This document shows, in pieces, positions 9,739-18,997 of a stretch of DNA of 64,000 nucleotides. The translations under genes and the position numbers were made by a program. Origin of the DNA: Deltaproteobacteria bacterium (GTDB lineage: Bacteria; Myxococcota; Myxococcia; Myxococcales; 40CM-4-68-19); the NCBI GenBank assembly GCA_005879535.1, contig VBKI01000047.1, forward strand, positions 88,731 through 152,730. Direction: 5' to 3'. Under the pieces are notes generated by a model that saw only the letters and a list, made by a program, of their open reading frames with translations, searched no databases and had not been told where the DNA came from. The stretch's first letter is position 1. Every line of letters starts with the position of its first letter.

Positions 9739-9781
9739 GGGGCCGGCCGAACCAGTGTCAACATCACGTGTGATGTCTGTG

Positions 9782-10306
9782 ATGACGGCGGGGCCGGCGC
9801 TCAACTCGAGCGCGCTCGACTGGCGCGCGTTCCTGTACCGTCCGGTAGACTGCGGCGCCGTGCTCCTCGCCACCGCTGTCTGCGCGCTGCTCAGTTCCGC
9901 CGAGATCTCCGCGGTCCAGGGGGAGGCGCCGATGCGAACCAAGCCCAGCGCGACCGAGAGCCCGGGGCTCGCGGTGGAGCGTTGTTTCTTCGAGCTTCGC
10001 TCGTTCCCGAAATCGATCTCGCTCGAAGTCACGCGCGGTCCTGGCGTCCGCGCGCTCTGGCGGAGATCCTTTCACGAGGACCGCGGGGCCGGGCGGCAGG
10101 AGGAAGAGGAGAAGGACCAGCCGCCTCCGAGGCCCGTACGCGGGCTCGGCGATGAAGCGTTCTGGGTGGGCACTCCGCGCCTGGGAGGCCTCTACGTGCT
10201 TCGGACGGACGCCATGCTCCGCCTGGCCGTGGGCGGAGGGGAAAGCGTCGAGAGCAAGCTGCGAAAGTTGCGGCGGCTCGCGCACAAGGCGCTGCCGCGC
10301 CTGTGA
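9782..10306 (+). CDS. hypothetical exported protein
   Basis: GC3 is strong from about 9780 to the TGA at 10304-10306. There is a hydrophobic stretch AVLLATAVCALLSSAEISA. The start is uncertain, with ATG candidates at 9737, 9773 and 9782. No family recognised. Confidence 0.5.
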   Translation: MTAGPALNSSALDWRAFLYRPVDCGAVLLATAVCALLSSAEISAVQGEAPMRTKPSATESPGLAVERCFFELRSFPKSISLEVTRGPGVRALWRRSFHEDRGAGRQEEEEKDQPPPRPVRGLGDEAFWVGTPRLGGLYVLRTDAMLRLAVGGGESVESKLRKLRRLAHKALPRL

Positions 10307-10312
10307 GGCGGA

Positions 10313-12154
10313 CTATTTCGGCAGCGTGCCGTCGTAGGCGCGGAACAGCGTCTTGCCGCTCGCCTGCCGCGCGATCGTGGCCAGCGCGTCCTGCGCGCTC
10401 GCGGGACCGAACGAGGCGTTCGCGGTGGGGTCGTCGACGCAAGAGCCCGTGCAGCCGTCGGCATAGCCGATCAGCACGCGGCCGATCCTGTCGACGGTGA
10501 TGTCGTTGAAGTCGAGCAGGTTACGGCAGGGATTGCTGCCGCCGCCATTCCAGATGCAGCCGCGCTGCACTGGATCCGCCGGTGTGATGTCCGCAGTCAC
10601 CCACGTCTTGCCGGCGTTGTAGGTCGTCGCGACGTAGAGGTGCCAGACGCCGTTGAAGCCGCTCGACTGGTCATCTCCAGGGGTGGGAGTGCCCAGGAAG
10701 GCGAACGCAGCGCGGTCGTCGTCGCCGGCGATCACCTCCGCGAACTCGGCATTCTGGATCCCGTAACCGGCGCCCGCGTCGAACGGCTTCGACCAGGTCA
10801 GGCCGTGGTCGCGCGAGATGGCGATGTTCGGGTGTCCGTCATAGTTCACGTAGCCGACGTACAGCGTGTTGCTCGCGCCTGCCGCCGCCGAAGGATCTCC
10901 GCCTGGCCTGCTGGACTTTGCACGGCTGATGGTGCGGACATTCCACGTCAGGCCGTTGTCGTTGCTGACGACCACCGCCGGCCGCTGCACTCCCGCGGCA
11001 TCGGTGCAATCCTCGTTCGGAACGTAGGCCGTCCCATCGGGCGAGACGCGGATGTGGCCGTGGAGCCCACCGCACTGGGTGAGGTTGTAGATCGGCACGC
11101 CCGGACCGAACGTAAGGCCGCCGTCGTCGCTGCGGGCGCAGACCGCCGTGACGACACCCTGCGAGCAGTAATAGATGGCATGTGGATAGGTCGTGACCGC
11201 GGGCTGGGGCGTTGCGAAGTTGCCGCCGCCCAATGTCTGGTGGTCCGGTCCGGCGGGCGTCCCACAGCCCTGCGACAGGAACCAGGTCTCGCCGTCGTCC
11301 TCGGTATAGGACGTGGTGCTGCAGGCGCCGTCGAGCTGCGATTCGAACACCCGGCCGGTGCTGCTGTCCGCCCAGAGAATGGGGTCGAGCGAAACGCGGG
11401 CGAACGGCGAGCGCTTGTCTGCCCAGGTGACCTTCGCCGGAGAGACGCTGTCATCGAAGATGGCGCGCAGCGTGTGATTGCCGGCCTCGATGAAGGTGGC
11501 GCCGGTCTTCCAGTTCACGCCGACGGATGGCTCGCCGGCCCCGTGCGCGCCGTTGGTCGTGGAGCCGAGTGCGGGAGCCATCTGATCGTCCGCCGGGTAG
11601 TTGGTATATCTGGCCGCGCTCGGCGGAATGCGCGGAGTAGGCGGGCTGGTGCGCGTGCCGACGGTGAGCGTCGCCGTCGCGTGTGCGGCCGTGGGTACGG
11701 GCACCAGCGCGGCGGTCTCGCGGACGTGCCAGACGCCTTCCACGGGATCGCTGACCACGATGTCGGCGTAGCCCGGTCCCGTAACGAGACCATCGGGAGA
11801 TCCCGGACCGTACTTGGCGCCATTCGGGGCGAAGGCGAACACATCCATGTCGGTGGGCTGGTTGCTGGTCCACTCATAGTGCAGCGTCAACGTGGCCGTG
11901 TTGCTTACGTAGAACTGGGCGGCTGGCTGGGGCAGCGTGACGGTGAGATCGTAGTTGTCGCAGAGCCCCGGCGGACAGGCGTCCTCGACGCCGACGTCGG
12001 TGAACTGTCCGGCTACGACCGCAGCGAAGTCCCAGACGGCGGTGGTGGTCGAGCTGACCGAGCCGCTCGGCGGAGTGGCGGCGCGCACGTGAGGCGCGAC
12101 GCAAATGATGACGGAGAGAACGGAGGTCACCAAGGCAGCGAGCGGCTTGTTCAT
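10313..12154 (-). CDS. secreted BNR/sialidase-fold protein
   Basis: Signal peptide MNKPLAALVTSVLSVIICVAPHVRA. BNR motifs TEDDGETW, SDDGGLTF, SNDNGLTW, SRDHGLTW and YNAGKTW. Confidence 0.85.
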   Translation of the reverse strand: MNKPLAALVTSVLSVIICVAPHVRAATPPSGSVSSTTTAVWDFAAVVAGQFTDVGVEDACPPGLCDNYDLTVTLPQPAAQFYVSNTATLTLHYEWTSNQPTDMDVFAFAPNGAKYGPGSPDGLVTGPGYADIVVSDPVEGVWHVRETAALVPVPTAAHATATLTVGTRTSPPTPRIPPSAARYTNYPADDQMAPALGSTTNGAHGAGEPSVGVNWKTGATFIEAGNHTLRAIFDDSVSPAKVTWADKRSPFARVSLDPILWADSSTGRVFESQLDGACSTTSYTEDDGETWFLSQGCGTPAGPDHQTLGGGNFATPQPAVTTYPHAIYYCSQGVVTAVCARSDDGGLTFGPGVPIYNLTQCGGLHGHIRVSPDGTAYVPNEDCTDAAGVQRPAVVVSNDNGLTWNVRTISRAKSSRPGGDPSAAAGASNTLYVGYVNYDGHPNIAISRDHGLTWSKPFDAGAGYGIQNAEFAEVIAGDDDRAAFAFLGTPTPGDDQSSGFNGVWHLYVATTYNAGKTWVTADITPADPVQRGCIWNGGGSNPCRNLLDFNDITVDRIGRVLIGYADGCTGSCVDDPTANASFGPASAQDALATIARQASGKTLFRAYDGTLPK

Positions 12155-12316
12155 GCGGCGCTCCAGGCGCGAGCCCTGCGGATCCCGGCAATGTAGGGAC
12201 GCCCCGATCGACCGAAAACCCCGCCAGGGCGACGGACGGGCGCCGGGAGAGCGAGCAGCCTGGGAGATCCCTCGGTGCGCCGGGCGGTGCGGCGCGAAGA
12301 GGCCCTTCGCTGTCGC

Positions 12317-12354
12317 TTGACAATCACTTAGGTACTTAGGAAACTCCCTAAGTG
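12317..12354 (+). promoter_or_regulatory. putative promoter plus ArsR-type operator overlapping the arsR-like start codon
   Basis: TTGACA at 12317-12322. After 17 bp comes GAAACT at 12340-12345, a weak -10. Perfect inverted repeat CACTTAGG (12325-12332) / CCTAAGTG (12347-12354). Direct repeat ACTTAGG at 12326-12332 and 12334-12340. The right arm contains the GTG start (12352). A TAA lies immediately upstream in frame, and there is no SD. Confidence 0.5.
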
Positions 12355-12654
12355 CTTCCCGGCGATCTGGCGGCGGCCCTGGCCAGCGACCGCCGGCTTT
12401 CCATTCTCAACTGGCTGAAAAAGCCCCGCGACCACTTTCCGCCCCAGGTCGACGGTGACCTGGTCAAGGACGGAGTGTGCAGCGTCTTCATCGCCAACAA
12501 GCTGGGCGTCACCCAGGCGAGCGCGCACGAACACCTCAAGATCCTCGCGCGGCTCGGGCTCATCAGGCCGAAACGGATCAAGCAGTGGACCTTCTATCGC
12601 CGCGACGAGAAGCGCATCGCCGAGGCCCGCCGGGTGCTCCGTGAGTCCTTCTAA
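12352..12654 (+). CDS. ArsR/SmtB-family transcriptional regulator
   Basis: LASDRRLSILNWL...VFIANKLGVTQASAHEHLKILARLGLI is a typical ArsR wHTH. GTG start, with an in-frame stop directly upstream. Confidence 0.85.
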   Translation: MLPGDLAAALASDRRLSILNWLKKPRDHFPPQVDGDLVKDGVCSVFIANKLGVTQASAHEHLKILARLGLIRPKRIKQWTFYRRDEKRIAEARRVLRESF

Positions 12655-13582
12655 CGTCGGTCGGACCCAGATCGAAGCCACCGAAAAGGTGATCCGGCGA
12701 TACATCCGGCGCACGCCGATCGTCGAGGTGGAAGGGCGCGACTTCGGCCTCGAGGGCATCACCATCGTCCTCAAGCTCGAGCTGCTGCAGCAATCGGGCT
12801 CGTTCAAGGCGCGCGGCGCCTTTGCCAACCTGCTGTTGCGGAGCGTCCCCGCCGCCGGAGTTGTCGCCGCCTCGGGCGGCAACCACGGCGCGGCCGTGGC
12901 GCACGCGGCCAAGGAGCTGAAGGTACCTGCGCGCCTCTATGTGCCGCGCATCTCGAATCCAGCGAAGATCGAACGAATCCGCGCTTCCGGCGCGGAGCTG
13001 ATGCTGGTCGGCGAGCGCTACGCCGATGCGCTCGCCGCGAGCGAGGCGTGGGCCGGGTCGTCCGGCGCCCTGCAGGTGCACGCTTTCGATCAGGACGAGA
13101 CGTTGATGGGCGCCGGGAGCCTCGGTCTGGAGCTGGAGCAGCAGGCACCCGCGCTCGACGCCGTCCTTGCCGCGGTCGGTGGAGGCGGCCTCATCGGCGG
13201 CATCGCCGCCTGGTTTGGCGATCGGGTGAGAATCGTGGGAGTGGAGCCCGAGCTGGCCCCTACGCTCACCCGCGCTCTCGAGGCCGGCAAGCCGGTGGAC
13301 GCGCCTGCCGGAGGGATCGCCGCCGATTCGCTCGCGCCGCGCCGGGTGGGCGAGAGAGTCTTCCCCATCGCGCAGCGCTACGTGAAGCAGGTCGTCCTCG
13401 TCAGCGACGATTCCATCGCGCAAGCGCAGCAGGCTCTGTGGAGCACTCTGCGCGTCGCGGCGGAGCCTGGCGGCGCCGCAGCCCTCGCAGCGTTGCTCTC
13501 GCGGCGCTTCGAGGTCCAGACCGGGTCCCGCGTGGCGGTCGTGATCAGCGGCGGAAATACCTCTGCCGTGAACTTCGCCTGA
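12641..13582 (+). CDS. PLP-dependent threonine/serine dehydratase family protein
   Basis: The GTG at 12641 overlaps the arsR-like gene by 14 nt. Motifs LQQSGSFKARGA (PLP lysine), ASGGNHGAAVA and GGGGLIGG. Confidence 0.85.
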   Translation: MSPSNVGRTQIEATEKVIRRYIRRTPIVEVEGRDFGLEGITIVLKLELLQQSGSFKARGAFANLLLRSVPAAGVVAASGGNHGAAVAHAAKELKVPARLYVPRISNPAKIERIRASGAELMLVGERYADALAASEAWAGSSGALQVHAFDQDETLMGAGSLGLELEQQAPALDAVLAAVGGGGLIGGIAAWFGDRVRIVGVEPELAPTLTRALEAGKPVDAPAGGIAADSLAPRRVGERVFPIAQRYVKQVVLVSDDSIAQAQQALWSTLRVAAEPGGAAALAALLSRRFEVQTGSRVAVVISGGNTSAVNFA

Positions 13583-13594
13583 AGGGCAGGAAGC

Positions 13595-14473
13595 ATGGCT
13601 TCCCGAATCGAGACTCGCCTTCGAGAGCTGAACCTCATATTGCCCGAGGCAGGCCGCCCGGTCGCGAACTTCGTGCCTTGCGTTCAGGCCGGGTCGCTGC
13701 TTTTCGTGTCCGGCCAGATCACGACCTGGAACGGCCAGCTTCGCCACGTCGGCCAGGTCGGCGCTCAGGTGTCCCTCGACGAAGCCCGCGCAGGCGCGCA
13801 GCTGTGTGCGCTGAATCTGCTTGCACAGGTGAAGGATTTTCTCGGCAACCTCGATCGCGTCGAGCGCGTCGTCGAAGTGCGCGGGTTCGTGAATGCGGCG
13901 CCGGGCTTCACCCAGCAGCCGGCGGTGGTGAACGGAGCCTCCGACCTCTTCGTGGACGTCTTCGGCGAGGCGGGACGTCACGCGCGCTTCGCCGTCGGCG
14001 TCGCCTCGCTGCCTGCGGGCGCCGCGGTCGAGGTAGCGGCGACGTTCGCGGTCCGCGAGGTGTCGTCGCGGCGCGTGGACGTCTTCTTCTACGGGCTCTT
14101 CATGGACGTCGAGTTGCTGCGCGCGAAAGGAGTCGAGCCGAAAGGCGTCGAGCTGGCGACGGTCGACGGCTTTGCCCTGCGAATCGGCCAGCGCGCGGCG
14201 CTCGTTCCCGTCGCCGGCGCCCGGGTGCATGGCGTCGCGATGTCGCTCACGTCCTCCGAGCTGCACCAACTCTATTCGGAGCCGAGCGTCCAGGCGTACA
14301 AGCCGCAGGCCGTTCTCGCGCACCTGGCCAGCGGCGCGGTGATCGGCGCGCTTTGCTACAACCTCCCTGAGGCGCCCTCGCCGAGCGAACGGAATGCAGG
14401 ATATGCCGCCAGGCTCCGCGCCACTGCGGAGAAAGTCGGGCTGCCCGCGGAGTACGTCACTTCCCTCCGATGA
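13595..14473 (+). CDS. RidA/YjgF-family domain fused to a gamma-glutamyl-cyclotransferase-like (AIG2/GGACT) domain
   Basis: N-terminal ~155 aa: ...GSLLFVSGQ...RFAVGVASLPAGAAVEVAATFAV (RidA-like). C-terminal ~135 aa begins VDVFFYGLFMD...ATVDGFAL...VHGV..., the pattern of GGCT-like proteins. Confidence 0.75.
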   Translation: MASRIETRLRELNLILPEAGRPVANFVPCVQAGSLLFVSGQITTWNGQLRHVGQVGAQVSLDEARAGAQLCALNLLAQVKDFLGNLDRVERVVEVRGFVNAAPGFTQQPAVVNGASDLFVDVFGEAGRHARFAVGVASLPAGAAVEVAATFAVREVSSRRVDVFFYGLFMDVELLRAKGVEPKGVELATVDGFALRIGQRAALVPVAGARVHGVAMSLTSSELHQLYSEPSVQAYKPQAVLAHLASGAVIGALCYNLPEAPSPSERNAGYAARLRATAEKVGLPAEYVTSLR

Positions 14474-16139
14474 CCGATGCCTTTCCCCATGTGTCGCGCA
14501 GGGGCACGACCAGGTTGAACACGGGCGCGCCGTCCTTCGAGTCCTTGGGATCGGCGAAGTAGTACCCCTTGCGCTCGAACTGGTAGCGCTCTGTCGCCTT
14601 CGCCGTCGCCAGCGCGGGCTCGACGCGCGCGCTCTCGATGACCTCTAGCGAACGCGGGTTGAGTTGGGTGCGGAAGTCCGCATCCCCCGCGCCCGGGTTT
14701 GCGACATCGAAGAGCCGGTCGTACAGACGCAGCGTCGCCGGTTTCGAGAGCGGTGCCGAGACCCAATGGATGGTGCCGCCGACCTTGCGCCCGTCGGCCG
14801 GATTCGCCGAGCGCGTCCCGGGATCGATCGTGGCGCGCAGCTCCTTCACTTCGCCCGTCCGCGAGTCCTTGGTGACGCCGGTGCAGCGCAGGACATAGGC
14901 GTGGCGGAGCCGCACTTCCTTGCCGGGCGACAGACGCTTCCAGCCTTTGGCGGGCACCTCCATGAAATCGTCCCGCTCGATGAACAGCTCCCGGGTAAAG
15001 GGAAGCTTGCGCGAGCCGGCCGTGGGCGCATCCGCCAGGAACGGCGCCTCGATCTCGTCGACCCTGCCTTCCTCCCAGTTCTCGATCGTTATCTTGAGGG
15101 GTCGGTGCACGCAGAGCGCCCTCTTGACGGAAACGTTGAGCAGCTCGCGCAGCGTGTTTTCGAGCAGCTCCACCTCGACGGTACTGTCGGCCTTGGCAAC
15201 GCCGATCCGATCGCAGAAGAGACGGATCGCTTCGGGCGTGTAACCGCGCCGCCGCAGCCCCGCGATGGTCGGCATGCGCGGGTCGTCCCAGCCGGAGACG
15301 AGGCCCTCGGTCACCAGCGCCCCGAGAAGGCGCTTGCTCATCACCGTGTACGTGAGGTTGAGCCGCGCGAACTCGATCTGCCGCGGCTTGTGGGGAACCT
15401 GGATCTGCTCCAGGTACCAATCGTAGAGCGGGCGGTGCGCCTCGAACTCGAGGGTGCAGAGCGAATGGGTGACGCCCTCGATGGCATCGGACTGTCCGTG
15501 GGCCCAGTCGTAGGTCGGGTAGATGCACCACTTGTCGCCGGTGCGGTCGTGGTGCTCGCGGCGGATCCGGTACATCACCGGATCGCGCAGGTTGAGGTTG
15601 GGCGAGCCCATGTCGATCTTCGCGCGCAACGTGCGCGCGCCGTCAGGGAACTCCCCCATTCGCATGCGCCGCAAGAGGTCGAGGTTCTCCTCGGGCGAGC
15701 GGTCGCGGAACGGCGAGGGTGTCCCCGGCGTCGTCAAAGAACCGCGGGTCCGCCGCACCTCGTCGGCGCTCTGGTCGTCGACGAACGCCTTTCCTTCGCG
15801 CACGAGCTTTTCGGCCCAGTCGTAGAGGCGATCGAAGTAGTCGGCGGCGTGGTACGAGTGCTCGCCCCAGTCGAAGCCGAGCCAGCGGACGTCCTCTTTG
15901 ATCGACTCGACGAACTCCTGCTCCTCCTTGGCCGGGTTGGTGTCGTCCATCCGGAGATGACAGCGGCCTCCGTAGTCGCGGGCGATGCCGAAGTTGAGGC
16001 AGATCGACTTGGCGTGGCCGATGTGGAGGTAGCCGTTGGGCTCCGGCGGAAAGCGGGTGACCACCAGCGAGTGCCTTCCGGCGGCAAGATCGGCGTCGAT
16101 GATCTGGCGGATGAAGTTGGTCGGACGCGTCTCGTCCAT
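14457..16139 (-). CDS. glnS: glutaminyl-tRNA synthetase
   Basis: The ATG at 16139 gives MDETRPTNFIRQIID...RFPPEPNGYLHIGHAKS (HIGH motif), and ...VMSKRLL is the KMSKS-type motif. The upstream part of ORF 14457..16277 is the translated tRNA gene. Confidence 0.95.
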   Translation of the reverse strand: MDETRPTNFIRQIIDADLAAGRHSLVVTRFPPEPNGYLHIGHAKSICLNFGIARDYGGRCHLRMDDTNPAKEEQEFVESIKEDVRWLGFDWGEHSYHAADYFDRLYDWAEKLVREGKAFVDDQSADEVRRTRGSLTTPGTPSPFRDRSPEENLDLLRRMRMGEFPDGARTLRAKIDMGSPNLNLRDPVMYRIRREHHDRTGDKWCIYPTYDWAHGQSDAIEGVTHSLCTLEFEAHRPLYDWYLEQIQVPHKPRQIEFARLNLTYTVMSKRLLGALVTEGLVSGWDDPRMPTIAGLRRRGYTPEAIRLFCDRIGVAKADSTVEVELLENTLRELLNVSVKRALCVHRPLKITIENWEEGRVDEIEAPFLADAPTAGSRKLPFTRELFIERDDFMEVPAKGWKRLSPGKEVRLRHAYVLRCTGVTKDSRTGEVKELRATIDPGTRSANPADGRKVGGTIHWVSAPLSKPATLRLYDRLFDVANPGAGDADFRTQLNPRSLEVIESARVEPALATAKATERYQFERKGYYFADPKDSKDGAPVFNLVVPLRDTWGKASVIGGK

Positions 16140-16201
16140 CGCGTGGCGGCTCCCGCTGTCCCTGCTCGAGACGGGCGGGCAACCTAGCAGATCAGTGAGG
16201 T

Positions 16202-16276
16202 TGGCTGGGGCGGTAGGAATCGAACCTACAAATGGCGGGGTCAGAGCCCGCTGCCTTACCGTTTGGCGACGCCCCA
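16202..16276 (-). tRNA. tRNA-Gln (anticodon CUG), CCA encoded
   Basis: Minus-strand 75 nt: TGGGGCG TC GCC AAACGGTAA GGC A GCGGG CTCTGAC CCCGC CATTT GTAGG TTCGATT CCTAC CGCCCCA G CCA. It folds as a cloverleaf with a 7-nt anticodon loop CU-CUG-AC. U1-A72 and G73 match E. coli tRNA-Gln, to which the sequence is closely similar. Confidence 0.95.
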
Positions 16277-16297
16277 AGAAACGGTCGCGACGTTTGC

Positions 16298-17515
16298 TTA
16301 GACCGGTCGCGCCAGTGGGTCAAGCGATCCGGAAACAGGCGCGAGGGAACAGCATGTCTGGGACCGCGTCGCTTCCTCCCAGCGCGCCGGATACAAGCCA
16401 GGCCGCCAGGCGAACCTCGCCTCGAGCGGATGGCCCCGGTCTTCGACCACGTCGGCGATCAGGGATCCCAGCACGGGGGCAAACTTGAACGCATGACCGC
16501 TGTCGCCGGTTGCGACGACGACGCCGGGGCGATCCGGATCGCGGGCGATCCAGAAATGGCCGTCCCGGGAATCGCAGTAGAGACAGATCCGCGTGTAGAC
16601 GATGGGAGCGTCCTGCAGCAGGGGGAAGGTGGCCGCCAGGAACTCGCGAAGCTGCCGCGTCTCTTCCGCCGTGACGAACCTCTCGGCCGACTCGGGATGC
16701 ATGGGCCGTCCCGCGCCGTGCCGGGCAATCTTGACCACTCCGTTCTCCGGGTGAGCCGGAAAGCCGTAATAGCCGGTGGTCTGGATCTCCGCGCAGAAGA
16801 CCGGGAAGCGCTCCGGCAGGAAGGCGTCGCGATCGCGGGGCGCCAGATGGAAGACGGGATGTCCCGTCGAGCGAAATTCCGCCGCGAGCCGGGGAAGCGC
16901 ATGTGGCGTCCAGGCGCCGAGAGCGAGAACCACTCGATCGGCCGCCATCTTCTCGCCGGCAGTCGACATGATTCCGATCCCGGCGTCGAGCAACCGCGCG
17001 AAGGCGACACCCTCGCGCAGCTCCACGCCCAGCCGCTGCGCTTCCGTGACCAGGCGCGCGATCGCCTTCCCGCTCTCGACGTAGCCGCCTTCGCGATCGT
17101 ACGTTCCGTGGCCGTAGCGCTCTGCGTTCCAGGCAGGAAATCTCGCCCGGACTGCCGCGCTGTCGAGCAGCTCAGGCTCGTGGCCGCGGCGTGAAACGAT
17201 CTCGAAGCTGTCCTGCTCCAGCGTTCCCGGCGCGAGCGGCGTCCGTCGCAGCAGCAACAGACCCGTCTCGTGGTACAGCGTTCCCAGATCGCGGTTCCAC
17301 CGCCGCCAACCCTCGATCGCCCGCTCCGCCAGCTCCGTATAGCGCTCGTCGGCGCCGTACTCGAGGCGCACCACCTTGCTGATGTCGGTGGAAGCGGCCA
17401 GCGGGTGGGGAAGCGGCCCTGGATCGATCAGCGCGACTTCGTGGCCGCGCTCGCGCAGCTCGATCGCAGCGGTGACGCCGAATACGCCGGCGCCGGCAAC
17501 CAGAATTCGGTCCAT
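16298..17515 (-). CDS. FAD-dependent oxidoreductase (DAO / sarcosine-oxidase-like)
   Basis: The ATG at 17515 gives MDRILVAGAGVFGVTAAIELRERGHEVALID, a Rossmann GxGxxG with acidic end. The C-terminal part contains ...VVATGDSGHAFKFAPVLG. Confidence 0.85.
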   Translation of the reverse strand: MDRILVAGAGVFGVTAAIELRERGHEVALIDPGPLPHPLAASTDISKVVRLEYGADERYTELAERAIEGWRRWNRDLGTLYHETGLLLLRRTPLAPGTLEQDSFEIVSRRGHEPELLDSAAVRARFPAWNAERYGHGTYDREGGYVESGKAIARLVTEAQRLGVELREGVAFARLLDAGIGIMSTAGEKMAADRVVLALGAWTPHALPRLAAEFRSTGHPVFHLAPRDRDAFLPERFPVFCAEIQTTGYYGFPAHPENGVVKIARHGAGRPMHPESAERFVTAEETRQLREFLAATFPLLQDAPIVYTRICLYCDSRDGHFWIARDPDRPGVVVATGDSGHAFKFAPVLGSLIADVVEDRGHPLEARFAWRPGLYPARWEEATRSQTCCSLAPVSGSLDPLARPV

Positions 17516-17523
17516 GCCGGCTC

Positions 17524-18057
17524 TTACGTACCGCGATCCTGGCGCGACCGCTCCACCACCTTCCGGATGGTGTCCCACGTGCGGGTGGTGACCTCTTTGC
17601 CGAACGTCCTCTCGATGAGCCCCATGAACACCGCCCCGCGCGGGCTCGGCACGTAAGCGGTGAAGACCTCGCCGTCTTCGATGCGCAGGATGCGGGCGCC
17701 GTCGAGCTCGAGTGGCAAGCGGAGCCTGCCTCGCGGCTTCCCGCGCACGAACGTGACCACGCGCTGCGCGTCGGATCCGAGCCGGAAGCGTTGGTAGGGA
17801 TCGGAGGCGAGCATTTTCTGGAGCGCGTCGATCCGCCGCACGATGGTGAGAAAAGGGCTCCCGAGGTGTTTCTTCATCGCCGCCTCGGCCTTGCGCTCGA
17901 GCGCCGCCTCGGGCGCCGCGGCCGCGCTGAAGACCACGTTGCCGCTCGAGCGCACCGTCCCCACGTCGGTAAATCCGGCCGCCTCGAATGCCGTCTTCAA
18001 CTCCGGCATCTTCGCGTTCATCGGACCTACTCCGCGAAGGAAAGCCGCGTAGTTCAT
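17524..18057 (-). CDS. DUF1697 family protein
   Basis: MNYAAFLRGVGPMNAKMPELKTAFEAAGFTDVGTVRSSGNVVF matches the DUF1697 N-terminal signature. Confidence 0.8.
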   Translation of the reverse strand: MNYAAFLRGVGPMNAKMPELKTAFEAAGFTDVGTVRSSGNVVFSAAAAPEAALERKAEAAMKKHLGSPFLTIVRRIDALQKMLASDPYQRFRLGSDAQRVVTFVRGKPRGRLRLPLELDGARILRIEDGEVFTAYVPSPRGAVFMGLIERTFGKEVTTRTWDTIRKVVERSRQDRGT

Positions 18058-18073
18058 CTTCGCTTCCTCCCAT

Positions 18074-18904
18074 CTACCGGCACGAGTAGCGAGGCGCGTC
18101 CAATTCGACGTGCTTGATCAGCGTATCGAAGTTCAGCGCGTTTGCCTGCGGGCAGATGGTCGCCCCCTTTGCGGCGAGGTCGCCCGACGTGTACTCGACC
18201 TGGAACACCGCCTTGTTTGCCGCGATGAACGGCTGGAGCGAGCTGCACTCGTTGTACTGGAAGCATTCCTCGTTCAGCGCAAAGTCGACGTCGCCCAGGA
18301 GCTGCGGAATCTCGTCGAGGTCGTTCTTCAGCGCAAACGAGAGGCGCCGCGAGTGGGCCTCGGCCGCGAGCGTGCGGATGAAGCCCTGCTGGTCCGCTGC
18401 CGTGATCGGAAAGCCGGGATTGTTGGTGCGCGAATCGACGTCATCGGCCTCGACGGCGTCACAGCCCTTCTGCTGCGCGAGCGCGACTCGGGCCTTCATG
18501 ACGTTCACCACCGCCGGCTGGCGGATGTCGAGCCAGTACTGCCCCGGCCAGCCGGATACGGGATTGCCCTTGTAGGGATCGAGCTGGGACGAGTCGGGTC
18601 GGCCCGGCTCGTAGGCCGTATCGAAGTAGCACACCACCTTGCGGCCCATGCCCTGAAGGGCCGCGATCTGGGCCGGCGCATTGTCGAAGAGGTCGATGTC
18701 GTAGGCGCCAGCGTCGACGGTCACGTCGAGGGCTCCGCTCAGTTGCCACTGCCACGACGTCCCCGGTCTGGGTTGCCACCACGAACCGGTGCCTCCATCG
18801 CCGCCGGAGCTTCCGCCATCGCCCTGTCCGGTTCCCTGCGGCTGCTGTGCAGTGCACGCCGTGAGGAGCGCCCCGCAAAGCACCATGCGCACGACAAGTC
18901 CCAT
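18074..18904 (-). CDS. GH114 endo-alpha-1,4-polygalactosaminidase-like lipoprotein
   Basis: The ATG at 18904 gives MGLVVRMVLCGALLTACTA (lipobox). WQWQLSG...YDIDLFD...VVCYFD...GCDAVEADDVD is typical of Glyco_hydro_114. Confidence 0.8.
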   Translation of the reverse strand: MGLVVRMVLCGALLTACTAQQPQGTGQGDGGSSGGDGGTGSWWQPRPGTSWQWQLSGALDVTVDAGAYDIDLFDNAPAQIAALQGMGRKVVCYFDTAYEPGRPDSSQLDPYKGNPVSGWPGQYWLDIRQPAVVNVMKARVALAQQKGCDAVEADDVDSRTNNPGFPITAADQQGFIRTLAAEAHSRRLSFALKNDLDEIPQLLGDVDFALNEECFQYNECSSLQPFIAANKAVFQVEYTSGDLAAKGATICPQANALNFDTLIKHVELDAPRYSCR

Positions 18905-18997
18905 GGATGCATTGTAATATGCAGCCCTCGGTGTAACTCCAGAGGATGCGTTGCGCCTAGCGCTTGCGGACCCTCCTGCCACTGATTGAGAAAAGAC

